DNA of 64,000 nucleotides from Clostridia bacterium (GTDB taxonomy: Bacteria > Bacillota > Clostridia > TANB77 > CAG-508), in NCBI GenBank assembly GCA_017458285.1, contig JAFTFU010000004.1, positions 52,561 through 116,560 of the forward strand. The letters are read 5' to 3'. How positions within the stretch are numbered: the first letter of the stretch is position 1; every line of letters starts with the position of its first letter. Position numbers and translations under genes: made by a program. The notes beneath the pieces were generated by a model. The model worked only from the letters and a program-made list of their open reading frames with translations. It did no database searches and was not told the origin of the DNA. Positions 25,355 to 36,490 of this stretch are shown here, piece after piece.

Positions 25355-25848
25355 AGATTTTCCTCCTTTCTGAATAAATTTTCAATATTCCATAAATTTG
25401 CATGAATTTCTCTATGACAATTTGCACAAATTAAAATACATTTTTTACTTTCTTCTAAACAATCTTTTAATTTAAAATCTCTATCTCCTATTGTAAAATC
25501 TTTTTTAGAACTATCTAAATGGTGAAAATCTAAGGCTCCTAAATAAGCATTATATCCACAGCGCTCACATTTTCCTCCGCGCTATTTTCTAATTAAATCT
25601 AAAAATTGACTTCGCGTATATTGAGTACCTTCTGGCATACATTCATAACAACACTATCGTTGATTGGCTGCAGCACTTCTAGGTATAAATTCATTTTCAC
25701 AAATTAAGCATTTTCGAGGAGTTTTTAATCCTTGATTAGTTTTTTTTCGTAACTGACGAGCAAGATATTCACAATGTTTACTACAATATTTAGCTGTAGA
25801 TTTTTTACATTCAAATTCATTGTTACAAATTATACAATTTTTAATCAT
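25351..25848 (-). CDS. free-standing HNH endonuclease with N-terminal CxxC zinc fingers
   Basis: ..LDFHHLD..KCILICANCHREIHA. 2 sense TAG. TGA overlaps the helicase TTG start. Confidence 0.75.
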
Positions 25849-25921
25849 AATAATTCTCCTTAATTTTTATTTATTATAATTAAAAATTGTTTTTATTGTT
25901 TTCACTGGCTTTACCCTTTTC

Positions 25922-26200
25922 TCATAGCCGGTTAATATCATTTTTAGTTACCTTGTACTCCATTGGACGGCATACCCAACTAACATATCCTTGAAATTGA
26001 ACATTATATCTACTTTTAAAATAATCCATTATTTCCTCATCACATAAATAATCAAAACAATATATTCCATACATTGCTTTAAATTCAGTATCATATTTTT
26101 CTTCTATCATATCAAGTAAATTCCAAAAATCTCGTCCATTATACATAAATTCACTAAAATCATACTTATCTAAACATTCTATATTATATTCTCGATCCAT
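25922..26200 (-). CDS. hypothetical protein
   Basis: ATG 26200 (MDREYN) after GAGGTGGA. The track ORF start at 26248 is less likely. Confidence 0.6.
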   Translation of the reverse strand: MDREYNIECLDKYDFSEFMYNGRDFWNLLDMIEEKYDTEFKAMYGIYCFDYLCDEEIMDYFKSRYNVQFQGYVSWVCRPMEYKVTKNDINRL

Positions 26201-26246
26201 ACATCCACCTCTATTATATATTATAACATTTTTTAATTTTTGATTC

Positions 26247-26344
26247 AAAAATTTTGAAAAGTGATTTTAATTCTGAATTGCGATTGTGGTGGTCCTGCGC
26301 GGCCGCTGCAGGTATTTTCCTCGCAAGGGTGTGTGCGTGTGAGC
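26247..26344 (+). repeat. GC-rich structured element, copy A (second copy at 57195-57287)
   Basis: AAAATTTTGAAAAGTGATTTT..ATTGCGATTGTGG..CCTGCGCGGCCGCTGCAGG..CCTCGCAAGGGTGTGTGCGTGTGAGC. It aligns along its whole length with copy B in the same orientation. It contains a NotI palindrome. Confidence 0.6.
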
Positions 26345-26350
26345 TATGTG

Positions 26351-26956
26351 TTACCACGCAGTTGCAATATCAAGTTGATAAATATTGCGTTTAGCAAAGC
26401 CGCCAGTATCGCAAACAATGCCTAAACCAAGAGATGTCTGAACAATGCTACCTCTAGGATGGACAGACAAATTAGCAGCGCACATTACATAATTACCTAA
26501 CATTTTAACACCATCTTGTCGTACCCAATATGGATATTCAGTTTCAGAAAATCCTCTGTTACGCATAATGCGTACAACTCCACCCATAGGAAGATTATAA
26601 TAAGTTTCTTTACCAGAAGGGCCATAGTTAACGCCTTTAGATTTTGTTAATTTAGAACCTGTCCAAGAAAATGTAACAGCTTCACTTGCTTTCAAATTAT
26701 CTAACTTCTTTTGAATATCTGTTTGAGCATTATGAGCTGCCCACCATTCAGATTGGGCTGTAGCAATAATAGTATGGTCTTCAGCATATCCTAAAGCTCT
26801 TGCGGCTTCTGCCATTTGATGTGCATAATTCTTTCGTTCTTCAAATTGATTAATTAGACTTTCATGTTCTTCAATTGTAGTAGGTTCAGTGGCAAAAACA
26901 TTAAAAGGTAAAATAAAACTAAATAGTAATAATGTACTAATAATAATTTTTTTCAT
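26351..26956 (-). CDS. secreted 3D-domain protein (cell-wall-binding / lytic-transglycosylase-like)
   Basis: Signal peptide MKKIIISTLLLFSFILPFNVFA. C-terminal ..VHPRGSIVQTSLGLGIVCDTGGF..QLDI is typical of 3D domains. Confidence 0.75.
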   Translation of the reverse strand: MKKIIISTLLLFSFILPFNVFATEPTTIEEHESLINQFEERKNYAHQMAEAARALGYAEDHTIIATAQSEWWAAHNAQTDIQKKLDNLKASEAVTFSWTGSKLTKSKGVNYGPSGKETYYNLPMGGVVRIMRNRGFSETEYPYWVRQDGVKMLGNYVMCAANLSVHPRGSIVQTSLGLGIVCDTGGFAKRNIYQLDIATAW

Positions 26957-26967
26957 CTAATCTCTCC

Positions 26968-28743
26968 TTAAAAAATATAATTTGTTTTATTAATTATTTC
27001 ATAATCTTCAATTAAAATTTGAGGAGAAATATTTCCACCCCACTCATTTAAATTGCAAGTGCCTATAATATTAATAATTGTAATCCCGTCGGCTTTTAAT
27101 GATTCAAATTCTTCTTGGCTTGCTTTAAATTTAATTAAAGATAAATTATTATCTAATTGAATTTTTATAGTAGGACTTTTATCTGGCGACATTAATTTTA
27201 AATCTTTTGAATGAATTTGGATATTTTCTATAGCAATCTAAGGTTCTGGAATTCCCTAGCCCCATATTGAATGCAGAAAACCAATATCTAAAATATCCTA
27301 AATATGTCTATCCAAGTCACCATAATTCCAAATAAAATCAACTTTATAAGATGCATTAAAATCAAAATCCCTTAATTTATTTGTAATATAATCTTTAAGC
27401 TATGTTATACAACTATCATCAATTATACAACCAAAAGCAGAACCATGACCTTGCGCTAATTTAACAAAATTAGATTCTACTAAAAACTCTCTAAAATTAT
27501 CTAATTTAGAAAATTGAGTATTTCTACCGCTACCACGCCATTCAAAACAAGTAATTTCACCGGTAGTATTATTATATTCAATATGAGAATTAAGAATTAA
27601 GGTTGGCCTTTGATATTCGTTAGCAATTTGATTTGCAATTAATCCAGTAAGATTTTCTTCTACTGGTTCAGTTAATTGAATAATTAAAATTGGAAGATTT
27701 AATAAATTTTCATCTTGAATTTTTTTTCTTATAATTTCTAAACTTGTATCTCTTGCTCGTGTCTATCTGCTTTTTACATTTATGCAATTTCTACAAGCCT
27801 ATTCAACCCGAGTTTCAAACTAACCTTTACAACCTCGTTTCGTAGAGGGTATTTGTTCATATGCCTTAAAATCTAACATAGATTCAAAAAGTAGTAATTT
27901 TTCTTCAAAAGTGCCTAAACGAATAACAGCATTTATATAAGGAGCTATATAAAAAGAAACACCAAATGGAGTTAACTCTCCTTTAAGAGAATACGATTGT
28001 TTATCTACAAAAGCTTTTATAAAAGGATTTCTTAAGTTATTAAATCCTTCTAAAATTAACTCTCTTGTTTCATATTCAGTTAATTGCATCATATCTGCTA
28101 TCATACCAATAGAAACTAAATCTAAAATATTATCAGCATAATTCTAACCATCATCAATTAACTAATCTATATACTAACAAAACTTATAGACTATTCCAAC
28201 ACCAGATAGAGTTTTATTAGGATAATCGCAAGTTTGATTATTTATACGACAAGCAAATTCACAAAATGCCATATCTGATTCATGATGATCTAAAATTAAA
28301 ACATCTGTATCCTATTTCCAAAGATTAATATGCTATTCAAAATCACTGCTGCCTGCATCAGGAATAATTAATAATTTTGTGTCTTTGGGAATAACTTCTA
28401 AATTAATACCATGCTATTTCCCAGTATGAATAGTATAACTAATATTGGTTTGCGCAGTTCCTGGAAAACGCATATTTATGTAATTAATTAAAGCAGCTGC
28501 GCTAGTATATCCATCTGCATCACTATCTATTTGAATAAATATTTTACTACCGAATGCTAAATGTCTTAATAACATTTCTGCTCCAGTATCCATATTTTCT
28601 AGTAAAAGCGGATCTAATATATCTTCTTTTGTAGTATGTAAATAATGTTGAATATCATCAGGCTAAATACCACGATTATAAAAAATCTATTCTATAGGAG
28701 ATTCAAATAAATTTGGAGTTTGCGTTAAATAAGAATAATCCAT
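26968..28743 (-). CDS. recJ: RecJ-like DHH-family ssDNA exonuclease
   Basis: DHH motifs IQIDSDADGYTS, IIPDAGSS and LILDHHE. 592 codons containing about 15 sense TAG. Track ORFs 27820 and 26968 are in this frame. Confidence 0.8.
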
Positions 28744-29846
28744 TATATCCTCCTTTCTTTAAAAAGTTTTAAGAAAATATTTTTATTACAATCTATAGGA
28801 GAATCTTTGTATCCAGTTAATTTTTGAGTATCCAAAATATAAGAAACTTGAATTGAATTTTTATATTTATTCTAAATTTTTTTTAAATTTTTTAATAAAT
28901 GAATATATTCACTATCTCCAAGAGTTTGAAATTGTCTATCAAAAGCAATAATAATTTCTTGCGCTCCTGCATCCATTAATAGCTACATTTGAAAGCTAGA
29001 AACATTACTGCCGCAGCAAGCCACGGAGATATCATTATCTTCTCCAAAATAAGTTCTATATAATAAGCAACTTTTTTCACCTTCAAATATAATAGCCTTT
29101 TTTACTTTTGGAATATTACATCTTGAGTTATTAAAATTATAAAGATTTAATCCAAGAGGATGATTATACTGAATACCATTAACAATTAATGGTCTATATT
29201 TTCCATATATTTCTTCTTCTTTAACTACTGTGCGCCCACGTAAGCCAATAAATCTGCCATCTTTATCAAAATGCGGAATCGTAATCTAATCTTTTCCAGG
29301 ATAAAATCCTATTTCAGCATTTATTAAAACCTGCTGTGAAATACCTTCGTTTAACCAAGGAGCTATTCTTATATTATAATTAAATCGTTTTAAAATAACT
29401 GGATCATATTCTTCTAAAGTAATGTGTGGGATAGAATACTAAATATCTTTAATACGTTCATAGTTTGCTAAAAATTTCCAGTCTTCTAGTCCTTCTTCTT
29501 CTGGAATATCAATTTCTTGTCCAGAGATATGAAAATAATGTGCAATCCATCTAACAGCATCATTTAAATCATAATTAATATGCTATTGAATAGACATTAC
29601 TTTAATGCATAATTGAAAAATATCAAAAATAGGTTCATCGCAACCTGTATAACATCTAAATAGTCCAGTATTTTCGTAGAAATATAATTTTCTTGATGCA
29701 TCACTTGCGGGAGGGTTATGACAAATAGTTCGGGCGATGAGCCCAGTTGGACAATACTCTGGCTCACCGCCCCATTCATCTAACAACTAAAAGATATCAT
29801 CAATAGATAAACTATCTCTAATATCTTGTTTATTAAAGGTTAGCAT
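28743..29846 (-). CDS. dnaG: DNA primase (CHC2 zinc finger plus TOPRIM)
   Basis: CHNPPASDASRKLYFYENTGLFRCYTGC finger; IIFEGEKS and IIAFD TOPRIM motifs. 5 sense TAG. TAA overlaps the recJ ATG. Confidence 0.8.
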
Positions 29847-29847
29847 A

Positions 29848-30084
29848 TTAATAAAGAGTTACTTTAGTGCAAGTGCGCATCAAACCACAGTTATCATTTA
29901 CATAATCAATCAAAAATTTCTGAGGGTCAGCAAGCTTGCCTTTATGAGACTTCTTTTCTTGAGCAATAAGCGCATTTGCTAACTTAGTAGGAATCAAATA
30001 TTCAACAGAACCGCACTTGTCATGAACTTCTCCTTGCTTCGTAATTACCATTGTAAATCTTTCATTTTTTCTTAAATTACCCAT
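29848..30084 (-). CDS. hypothetical protein
   Basis: Intact 78-aa ORF with RBS GGAGATAA. Confidence 0.65.
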   Translation of the reverse strand: MGNLRKNERFTMVITKQGEVHDKCGSVEYLIPTKLANALIAQEKKSHKGKLADPQKFLIDYVNDNCGLMRTCTKVTLY

Positions 30085-30099
30085 AATTAATTATCTCCT

Positions 30100-31644
30100 T
30101 TAATCTTCATCTGCATCATCCGCAAAAGCGCTTGCTACGTGTATTCTTATATCATCAATAGAAATTAAATCATAATTCCAAGTTGTTGCAAACATAGGTT
30201 TTATTCTACAAGTACCCAAATCTGATTGACACCATAAATAAATTCCTTTATATCTACCACGCCTATTTTTATAAACAGAAATTTTTAAAGTCGGAGTTGC
30301 AAATGCTCCAGTGCTTGTAATTGCTTCTAGTCCTGTTGTATCTTTTTCTCTAACAGGTAAAAGAATTAATCCCAAATCTATTTTATCTGCTATACTTTTA
30401 GCTCCGCGCAATAAATTTTGATCGGGGGTTTCTGCATCTTGATAATCAGCATTTAACTATGTAGCAGACATAATAAATATTCCATATTCATTACAAATAT
30501 CTTTTAATCTATTGGATAACATAAAAAGAATATTATCTTCACGAAGTCTTACTCCACCACTACGGCGAGTAATTTCTTCTAATATTTTCATGCTAGTATG
30601 AATATAATCATGAAAACAAAATTTAATATCGTGATCACGAATATTTCTTTTTATTTTATTTTCAACATCTTGCAATGAAAAATCTGGTAAATGTTCTATA
30701 TATAAAGGTGCATTTTTTAAAATTTGAGCTGCTTCTAAAACTCTATTTTCTTCATCACCTTCATATTTACCATTTAAAATATGTTCTTCATTTACATTAG
30801 ATAAAAATGCTAACATCATTGTTTGAATTTCTGTTAAATCTTGCTCAGTTGCAATATATAATGTAGGCTATGAAGGACCTGTTTTAATCCATCCAAAATT
30901 TTCATCATACATTTTATCACAACTAATATAACAAGCATCCGCAATCATAGAACGAGATTTACCAATTCCAGTAGGGGCTGACCGCAAATAAAATTTTTTA
31001 AGTCTTGCGCCCCTTGTAACTGTATTAATTAAAGGTCCATATAAAGGAACTCCAACTTCTGGATTTTCTTTTAAATCTTTAATTAGTTCTAAAATATTAG
31101 TTCCAGCTTGTTGAGCTTCATCAATTACTTCATCTACATAACGTAAACGAATATCTTCAATGCGTTTATTTATTTTGTTTGCTAAATCAACTAATGAAGA
31201 ATTATCTAAAACTTCTTCTTGATGTTGACGTTTTTTAGTATCTAAAATATCATCAGGGTCATAAATATCAGTAACATCAATTCCATAAGCATCATAAGCT
31301 CTTAATAAAGTAAATTTTTTAACACGACTATAATAATAATCAAAAGTGTTAGGAGTAGCATTTTCTGATACTTTTATTAACCATTCCTCACCTTTTTGTT
31401 GTTTAAAAATAGCTTCACTTTTAGGACGAGCTGCAAGAAAATCTGCAATACTTGATAATGAAATTTCTTGTGCTCCTAATTCATGTAATTTAAAAATACA
31501 TCCAAAAGCAATTTTATGGAACTGGTCTGGAAAATCTTCATCTGTTAATGAGTATTTATCTGTATAATCTAAAAGACGAGGATTATTAAAGACACTTCCT
31601 ATTACCTGCATAATTGCTGGAATATCAACATACTTACTTGGCAT
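30100..31644 (-). CDS. dnaB: replicative DNA helicase DnaB
   Basis: Three track ORFs join through 2 sense TAG. Walker A SAPTGIGKS, FCFHDYI, and an RRG-containing C-terminus. ATG 31644 lies 6 nt after GAGGAGG. Confidence 0.85.
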
Positions 31645-32158
31645 CTTCAACCTCCTCGTCTAAAAATGTAAATATTTTTCTTTTTTTAGGTTGTCGCATA
31701 GGTTCTTTAATCACAATATCAATATAATGGGGTGAATATTCTTCAATATTTTTATCAGTATTTTTCTATTTTAAAAGCCACTAATTATAATAATAATTAT
31801 AAGCTTCTTGATATACCCAAGGCACTATTCCAATTCCATTATTTGATTTTGATAAATCATTTTTCTTTACTTCATAAAAATATTTTAAGGTTCTTAAAAT
31901 ACCTGAATAGGTATAATCATAATCCTAGATAAATTTTTTAATCTGTAAAGTTATACGACCATCCATGTGTTTTAAATTAAATAACTAAATAATATATTCT
32001 TCTAATGCTTGCCTATCTTGTTCTTCTTTTGCTTGCTCTTCTGATAAAGCACCAGCGCAAGAAGCATGAGCATATCTTCTTGTATTCACTAAAACAGCTG
32101 GATATTTATCTCTATCAAATCTTTTCTTACATATTGTGCAAGTTACATAATGGGCCAT
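31634..32158 (-). CDS. hypothetical zinc-finger protein (possible helicase loader / replication organiser, by position only)
   Basis: MAHYVTCTICKKRF..HASC. 175 codons with 4 sense TAG. Its end overlaps the dnaB start. Confidence 0.55.
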
Positions 32159-32174
32159 TTAATCCCACCTTTAA

Positions 32175-32200
32175 AATAGCCCCCAATTAAGGGGGCTATT
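32175..32200 (-). terminator. intergenic hairpin (terminator/attenuator)
   Basis: Stem aatagccccc / gggggctatt with loop aattaa. Confidence 0.5.
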
Positions 32201-32204
32201 AATT

Positions 32205-33179
32205 TTATAATAAAGTAGCTTTAATTTCTTCATTAATAAGGTAAATAAATTCAGCTTGCTCACGAGTAGCTTCTGTAACCTTTTTACCCTTGCCAAGATA
32301 AGTGTCAACAATAGCACTAATCTTTGCAGCATTGCTTTGATTATTAGCCATCAGCTCATTAACCAAAGATGTAAATTCAGACATCAAAGCATCATAATCA
32401 TATTCATTTTCATTAATAGGAATGATTTTTTCAGGTTCATTAGTAACAGCATCAGAACCCTTTACTTCTTCTTCTTTGTTAATTGCGGCTGCAATTGCAT
32501 TAGAAAGTGACTGATAAGAAAAATCAACTTCCGCAGGCATATACTTAATTCTACTCTTACATTCTACAGATTCATCAGCACTACGAATAATTAACTTTCG
32601 AGAACCAGCTTCTACTGTTGCATAAGCTTCAATATCTACTAAGTTACGAACAATCTCATTATACGTATTTGGACATGCCGGGACAATCTGATTATATTCA
32701 GTTCCATCTTTACGCTTAAAAGTCTTATCCTTGGAATGAGAAATAAAGAAAATGGTATAACCTTTCATCTGAATTGTATTCAAAACAGTTTCCCATTCCT
32801 TCTTTACTTTAGACCAACCATTAGTGGACCAACCACCATCTCCAATATTTTCAATACCAAGCTGACTACAAATATATTTTTCACAAAGCGCAGCAGCCTT
32901 ATCAACAGTATCAAAAATAATTACCTTAAAACGTTCCTTAATCTCAGGATCATCCAACTGACGCAAAACCCCTCTAATATCAGTCCAAGAATTAATATCA
33001 ACAGGAGCTTCAACATTTAGTGCACCATATCCCTTCTCAAATGCAAATAGCATAGAGTTAGGGATTTCGCAAGCAAAAGTAGTCTTACCTACACCACCAG
33101 GCCCATACATATAAATTGTATAACCATCTAAATTCTTACTAATTTTATGAGGTTTAATTGCTTTTAGATTAATTGCCAT
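32205..33179 (-). CDS. Sak4-like RecA-fold AAA ATPase (phage nucleotide-binding recombination protein)
   Basis: YMYGPGGVGKTTF Walker A; IIFDTVD Walker B; FISHSK. No TAG. Confidence 0.75.
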   Translation of the reverse strand: MAINLKAIKPHKISKNLDGYTIYMYGPGGVGKTTFACEIPNSMLFAFEKGYGALNVEAPVDINSWTDIRGVLRQLDDPEIKERFKVIIFDTVDKAAALCEKYICSQLGIENIGDGGWSTNGWSKVKKEWETVLNTIQMKGYTIFFISHSKDKTFKRKDGTEYNQIVPACPNTYNEIVRNLVDIEAYATVEAGSRKLIIRSADESVECKSRIKYMPAEVDFSYQSLSNAIAAAINKEEEVKGSDAVTNEPEKIIPINENEYDYDALMSEFTSLVNELMANNQSNAAKISAIVDTYLGKGKKVTEATREQAEFIYLINEEIKATLL

Positions 33180-33222
33180 ATTATTTCATTTCCTTTTTAT
33201 TTTATTTTTTAATTTAGATGAT

Positions 33223-33242
33223 AGGCTGCAAAATTGCAGCCT
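33223..33242 (-). terminator. short intergenic hairpin
   Basis: aggctgca-aaat-tgcagcct. Confidence 0.4.
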
Positions 33243-33246
33243 TTAA

Positions 33247-34194
33247 TTAAAACTGGAAATTACCAGTGGCGGAAGTAGCAGTAGTTGTTGCCGCATTATT
33301 AGCAGCCTTTTGAGCCTTATATTCATCCTGACGCTGCTTAATAGAAGCTAGATAAACTTCTCTATTGGCCATCATTTCAGTCAATTCTACAGCAGTAAGA
33401 GTTTCTTCAGCATCCCAATCATAAGGAACAGGATTACAACCAGTAACAACCCAATCCTTACGAGTGCTATTTACAATTCTTACTTCTGGTTCACCGAAGG
33501 CACTTTCAGTTGTAATTTCACGTCTAATAGTCTGAGAAAGCTGACGACCCCAAACGCAAGTAAAAACAGGGTTAGTGCTTGTTGCGCCAAGCCCAGTAAA
33601 ATAATCCATACCAGAAGGATTAGTTACACTAAATTCAATAGGTAAAACATCTTTGCGGAAATTAAAAGTACAACCTCTAATAGTTACCTTCTCAGGAGTA
33701 TTACGCTCTTCATCTGCATCAGTATGAACAACAGAAGTAATAAGCATATCACACTTAAAAGTATTATGAGTCTTTTCATCAGGGTCAACAGAATCAATAG
33801 CGTGAACAAAGCCGCCTTCATTACGCTTTACAGAAACAAGTTCCTCAGAACCATTTCTATCAGAATAAAATTCATTAAGAGCAATAGCAGAATCAATTCT
33901 TACCTTAGCAGCAGAATCCTTATCACTCATCATAATAGTTTTCATCTTACCATCAATAATATTCTTCAAAATACCAAAAGTAGCATTGTTACTACCATTC
34001 TTAGTTTTTTCAGTTACATAAGTAAAATGAACACTTACAATATTTGTACACTCTTCATCGGTTGCAATGTCAAGATTTCCCATAATAAAAGTAGTTCCAG
34101 GAGCTTTAGAATTTTCTCCTGTAACTCTCTCTTCCAGAGAATGTTCATAAATATATCCTTCAATATGAGTTGTATTAATAAAATTTTTCTTCAT
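33247..34194 (-). CDS. hypothetical protein (possible ssDNA-binding protein, by position next to the Sak4-like ATPase)
   Basis: Intact 315-aa ORF without TAG. The function is inferred from position only. Confidence 0.8.
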   Translation of the reverse strand: MKKNFINTTHIEGYIYEHSLEERVTGENSKAPGTTFIMGNLDIATDEECTNIVSVHFTYVTEKTKNGSNNATFGILKNIIDGKMKTIMMSDKDSAAKVRIDSAIALNEFYSDRNGSEELVSVKRNEGGFVHAIDSVDPDEKTHNTFKCDMLITSVVHTDADEERNTPEKVTIRGCTFNFRKDVLPIEFSVTNPSGMDYFTGLGATSTNPVFTCVWGRQLSQTIRREITTESAFGEPEVRIVNSTRKDWVVTGCNPVPYDWDAEETLTAVELTEMMANREVYLASIKQRQDEYKAQKAANNAATTTATSATGNFQF

Positions 34195-34210
34195 ATTATT
34201 TTATTTCTCC

Positions 34211-34558
34211 TTAATCTTCAAAAATAACTTCTTTTCCTTTTTCTGTTATACGATAAATTACTGGGTCTTGAGAAACCTTTTCCACATATCCATCAGATAC
34301 AAGTTTACGAATACTACCAGATACTGTGCGAGAAGAAATAAAAAGTTCTTCTGCAATATCTTTTGCCTTCCAAGTTTCTCTATCAGCATAGTCTTGTAGA
34401 AATTTAAGAATTAACTTACCATTATCTGTGAAAGCAGGCTTATTCTTTTTATCCGAACTATTCTTAAAAGTATTCCAATAATCTTCTAAATTTTCAGGAA
34501 GAGGATTGGTAGAAAAATTACTTTCTACATAATCAATAAAATCAGATTTCAATGACAT
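34211..34558 (-). CDS. winged-helix DNA-binding protein
   Basis: AKDIAEELFISSRTVSGSIRKLVSDGYVEKV HTH segment. ATG at MSLKSDF is preferred. Confidence 0.65.
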   Translation of the reverse strand: MSLKSDFIDYVESNFSTNPLPENLEDYWNTFKNSSDKKNKPAFTDNGKLILKFLQDYADRETWKAKDIAEELFISSRTVSGSIRKLVSDGYVEKVSQDPVIYRITEKGKEVIFED

Positions 34559-34619
34559 AAAAATATACAACCTTTCTCATTTCTATATATATTATATCAT
34601 TATTTTTTTATAAAATCAA

Positions 34620-35074
34620 TTAAGAAATTTCATCCAAAAAAATTAATTCTTGAGCATAAGGTAATCCTCGTGCAAAAGACATAAAAGCATCAGACCATTC
34701 AGTTAACTTATGATTACGACGTTGCCCTTTTGAACATATGCCTAAAAGATTTTCATAATTACAAGTCCAAGTCCTAGTCTGTAACCAACCTTCTGGTAAC
34801 CAACGAATTAATTCTTTCCAATAACGCTTATCTTTTGTTTCATTATATTTTTGTCTTAAAAATTCTAATTGTTCAATAAAAAATTCTGATAATTGTTTAA
34901 TTGAATTTTCTCCAGCAGGAGTAAAAGTATCTCCTTCTTGTTTATAATAAATTAAATCTGAATTAAAATCATCAGTTTCAAAACATTTAAGTGTAATTGG
35001 AGTAGAGGTTAATTTATGCATTGTAGATGTGGAGTTACTTACAGTTCCTACTTTATAAGTATCCATTTCTTTCC
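34620..35074 (-). CDS. conserved phage protein, possibly ThyX-like, exon 2
   Basis: The first 2 nt complete a TGG codon, giving ..APLYW-W-KEMDTYKVGTVSNSTSTMHKL. 151 further codons. Confidence 0.7.
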
Positions 35075-36084
35075 CATGTTATCTTATGTTTCCATAAGCA
35101 CTGACTATCTTTTACTTGTAGATATATCTACAAGGAGACCATTTCGAAGTGCGTATCAATAGCACCCCTACTCCTCCGCCCAAAAGGCAAAGAGGATAGT
35201 CGATACAGGTTAATTGTGTATTAATAAATCTGTTAAAGTATAATTTTCATTATTCAAAATAATTAAAGGAATATTATGTTTTTTACAATATTCTATCTTC
35301 ATCTAATCGTGCTTTTGAAGTGTTTCAAAACCATCACTCCAGCTCCCATTAGGCTATTCATAATGCTATTTTCCATTATACTCAATTAAATGTGATAGTT
35401 TTCCATTTTTAAATATGGCAAAATCAAAACGCAATGCTCGTATATCTTTTAAATCTGAAAATGTATATTGTGTGGCAAATTCTATTTTATTATCTATTAA
35501 CATTTTGGTAATTTTTTGTTCATTAAAACTATGAACACATCCACAACTTTTAATTAAACCTTCACGTAAATGCTAACCACTTGTAATAAATATATTACCA
35601 CAATATTTACATTGACATTTCCACATTGCTTTTAAGTTTTTACTTCCAGCAAAATCTATTACTTTAATTCCATCATTTTCAAAATCAATCATATTTTTTA
35701 TATTTTTAGATTCTTTAATTTTACAGCCACAGCTTTTTGTATGCCCTGACTTTAAATTACGAGTATCTACATTGGTTTCATTGCCACAATCACATAAGCA
35801 ATGCCATTTACCACCTTTAATATAATATAAAGGAGTTAAATATCCAAACTTCTAATTTGTTAAATCTTGACGAGGTTTTGAATTTCTTATTTGTTTTTCC
35901 ATATAATAATTCCACCTTTCATTATTATATAAAAAACGTTTCAATATCTTTAACAGATTTTGACACAATTTTTCCCACGGGATTACCATATTTTATAAAC
36001 TTAGGTTTCCCCGTTAGCATCATCTATAATCATAGATAATACCCCGTTGATGAGACGGAAAAATCTTTCATTGGCAGATAACCT
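35075..36084 (-). mobile_element. group I intron in the ThyX-like gene
   Basis: The exon ..CUGGU pairs with intron GCCA. The T of the apparent TAG is the last exon nucleotide. Core elements UGCUAACGGGGAAACCU, CCCGUGGGAA and GAUAGUCAGUGCUUAUGG are present. The intron ends ..GAUAACAUG, like T4 td. Confidence 0.75.
35210..35902 (-). CDS. intron-encoded homing endonuclease: zinc-ribbon repeats plus PD-(D/E)xK (Vsr/DUF559-like) nuclease
   Basis: DLTN(TAG)KFGYL..CLCDCGN..KSCGC repeats, then RFDFAIF..LIEYNGK(TAG)HY. 231 codons. The stop lies inside the 3' ribozyme core. Confidence 0.7.
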
Positions 36085-36490
36085 ACCAGTACAAAGGAGC
36101 TGTAATATCTACAGACACAAAAATCTAACGCATAAATTTACGATGTTCAGGGCCTGCCTTGATTAAACGCTATGCTAAAAATAAATCTTCTGGACCAATA
36201 AATGCGCTTAAAAATGTATCATCAGGACCTTCTTCTAAGGTTCCATTTTTTAAAAGCCAATCTATATAATGTTCAAAACAGCGTTCCGCATCTTTATCGG
36301 TAGGATATTCCTATTCCCAATTTGGATATTTTAAACTGGTCCAAGCAGATGCTATATCATCCAGTTGACTAACATCCCAAAGATTGGTGATACCAAACCA
36401 ACTATCACTTTTATTCCAAGAGTTCATAGGATTACGCATTCCTCGGAACGCATTTTCAAAATTGTAAGTGTGAATATTTTCAAATTTCAT
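36085..36490 (-). CDS. conserved phage protein, possibly ThyX-like, exon 1
   Basis: MKFENIHTYNFENAFRGMRNPMNSW..GPEHRKFMRQIFVSVDITAPLYW. 3 sense TAG. 135 codons plus 1 nt. Confidence 0.7.

Noticed and set aside
12019-30819. Many conserved genes (dut, nrdD, recJ, dnaG, dnaB and others) appear as strings of short ORFs, which could be read as pseudogenes or a degraded prophage.
   Set aside because: All the breaks are TAG, the pieces are always in the same frame, TAA and TGA are never found internally, and TAG aligns with Gln in paralogous motifs. The cause is recoding, not decay.
32256-34227. Long + strand ORFs antisense to the Sak4-like and 33247 genes (32256, 32736 and 33724 in the track). Similar antisense ORFs occur at 62153..62692, 62936..63196, 42487, 43401, 17074 and 15114/15346.
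   Set aside because: Their compositions are low-complexity and rich in I/F/N/K/S, typical of antisense frames in AT-rich DNA. They have no RBS, and the opposite strand encodes recognisable proteins.
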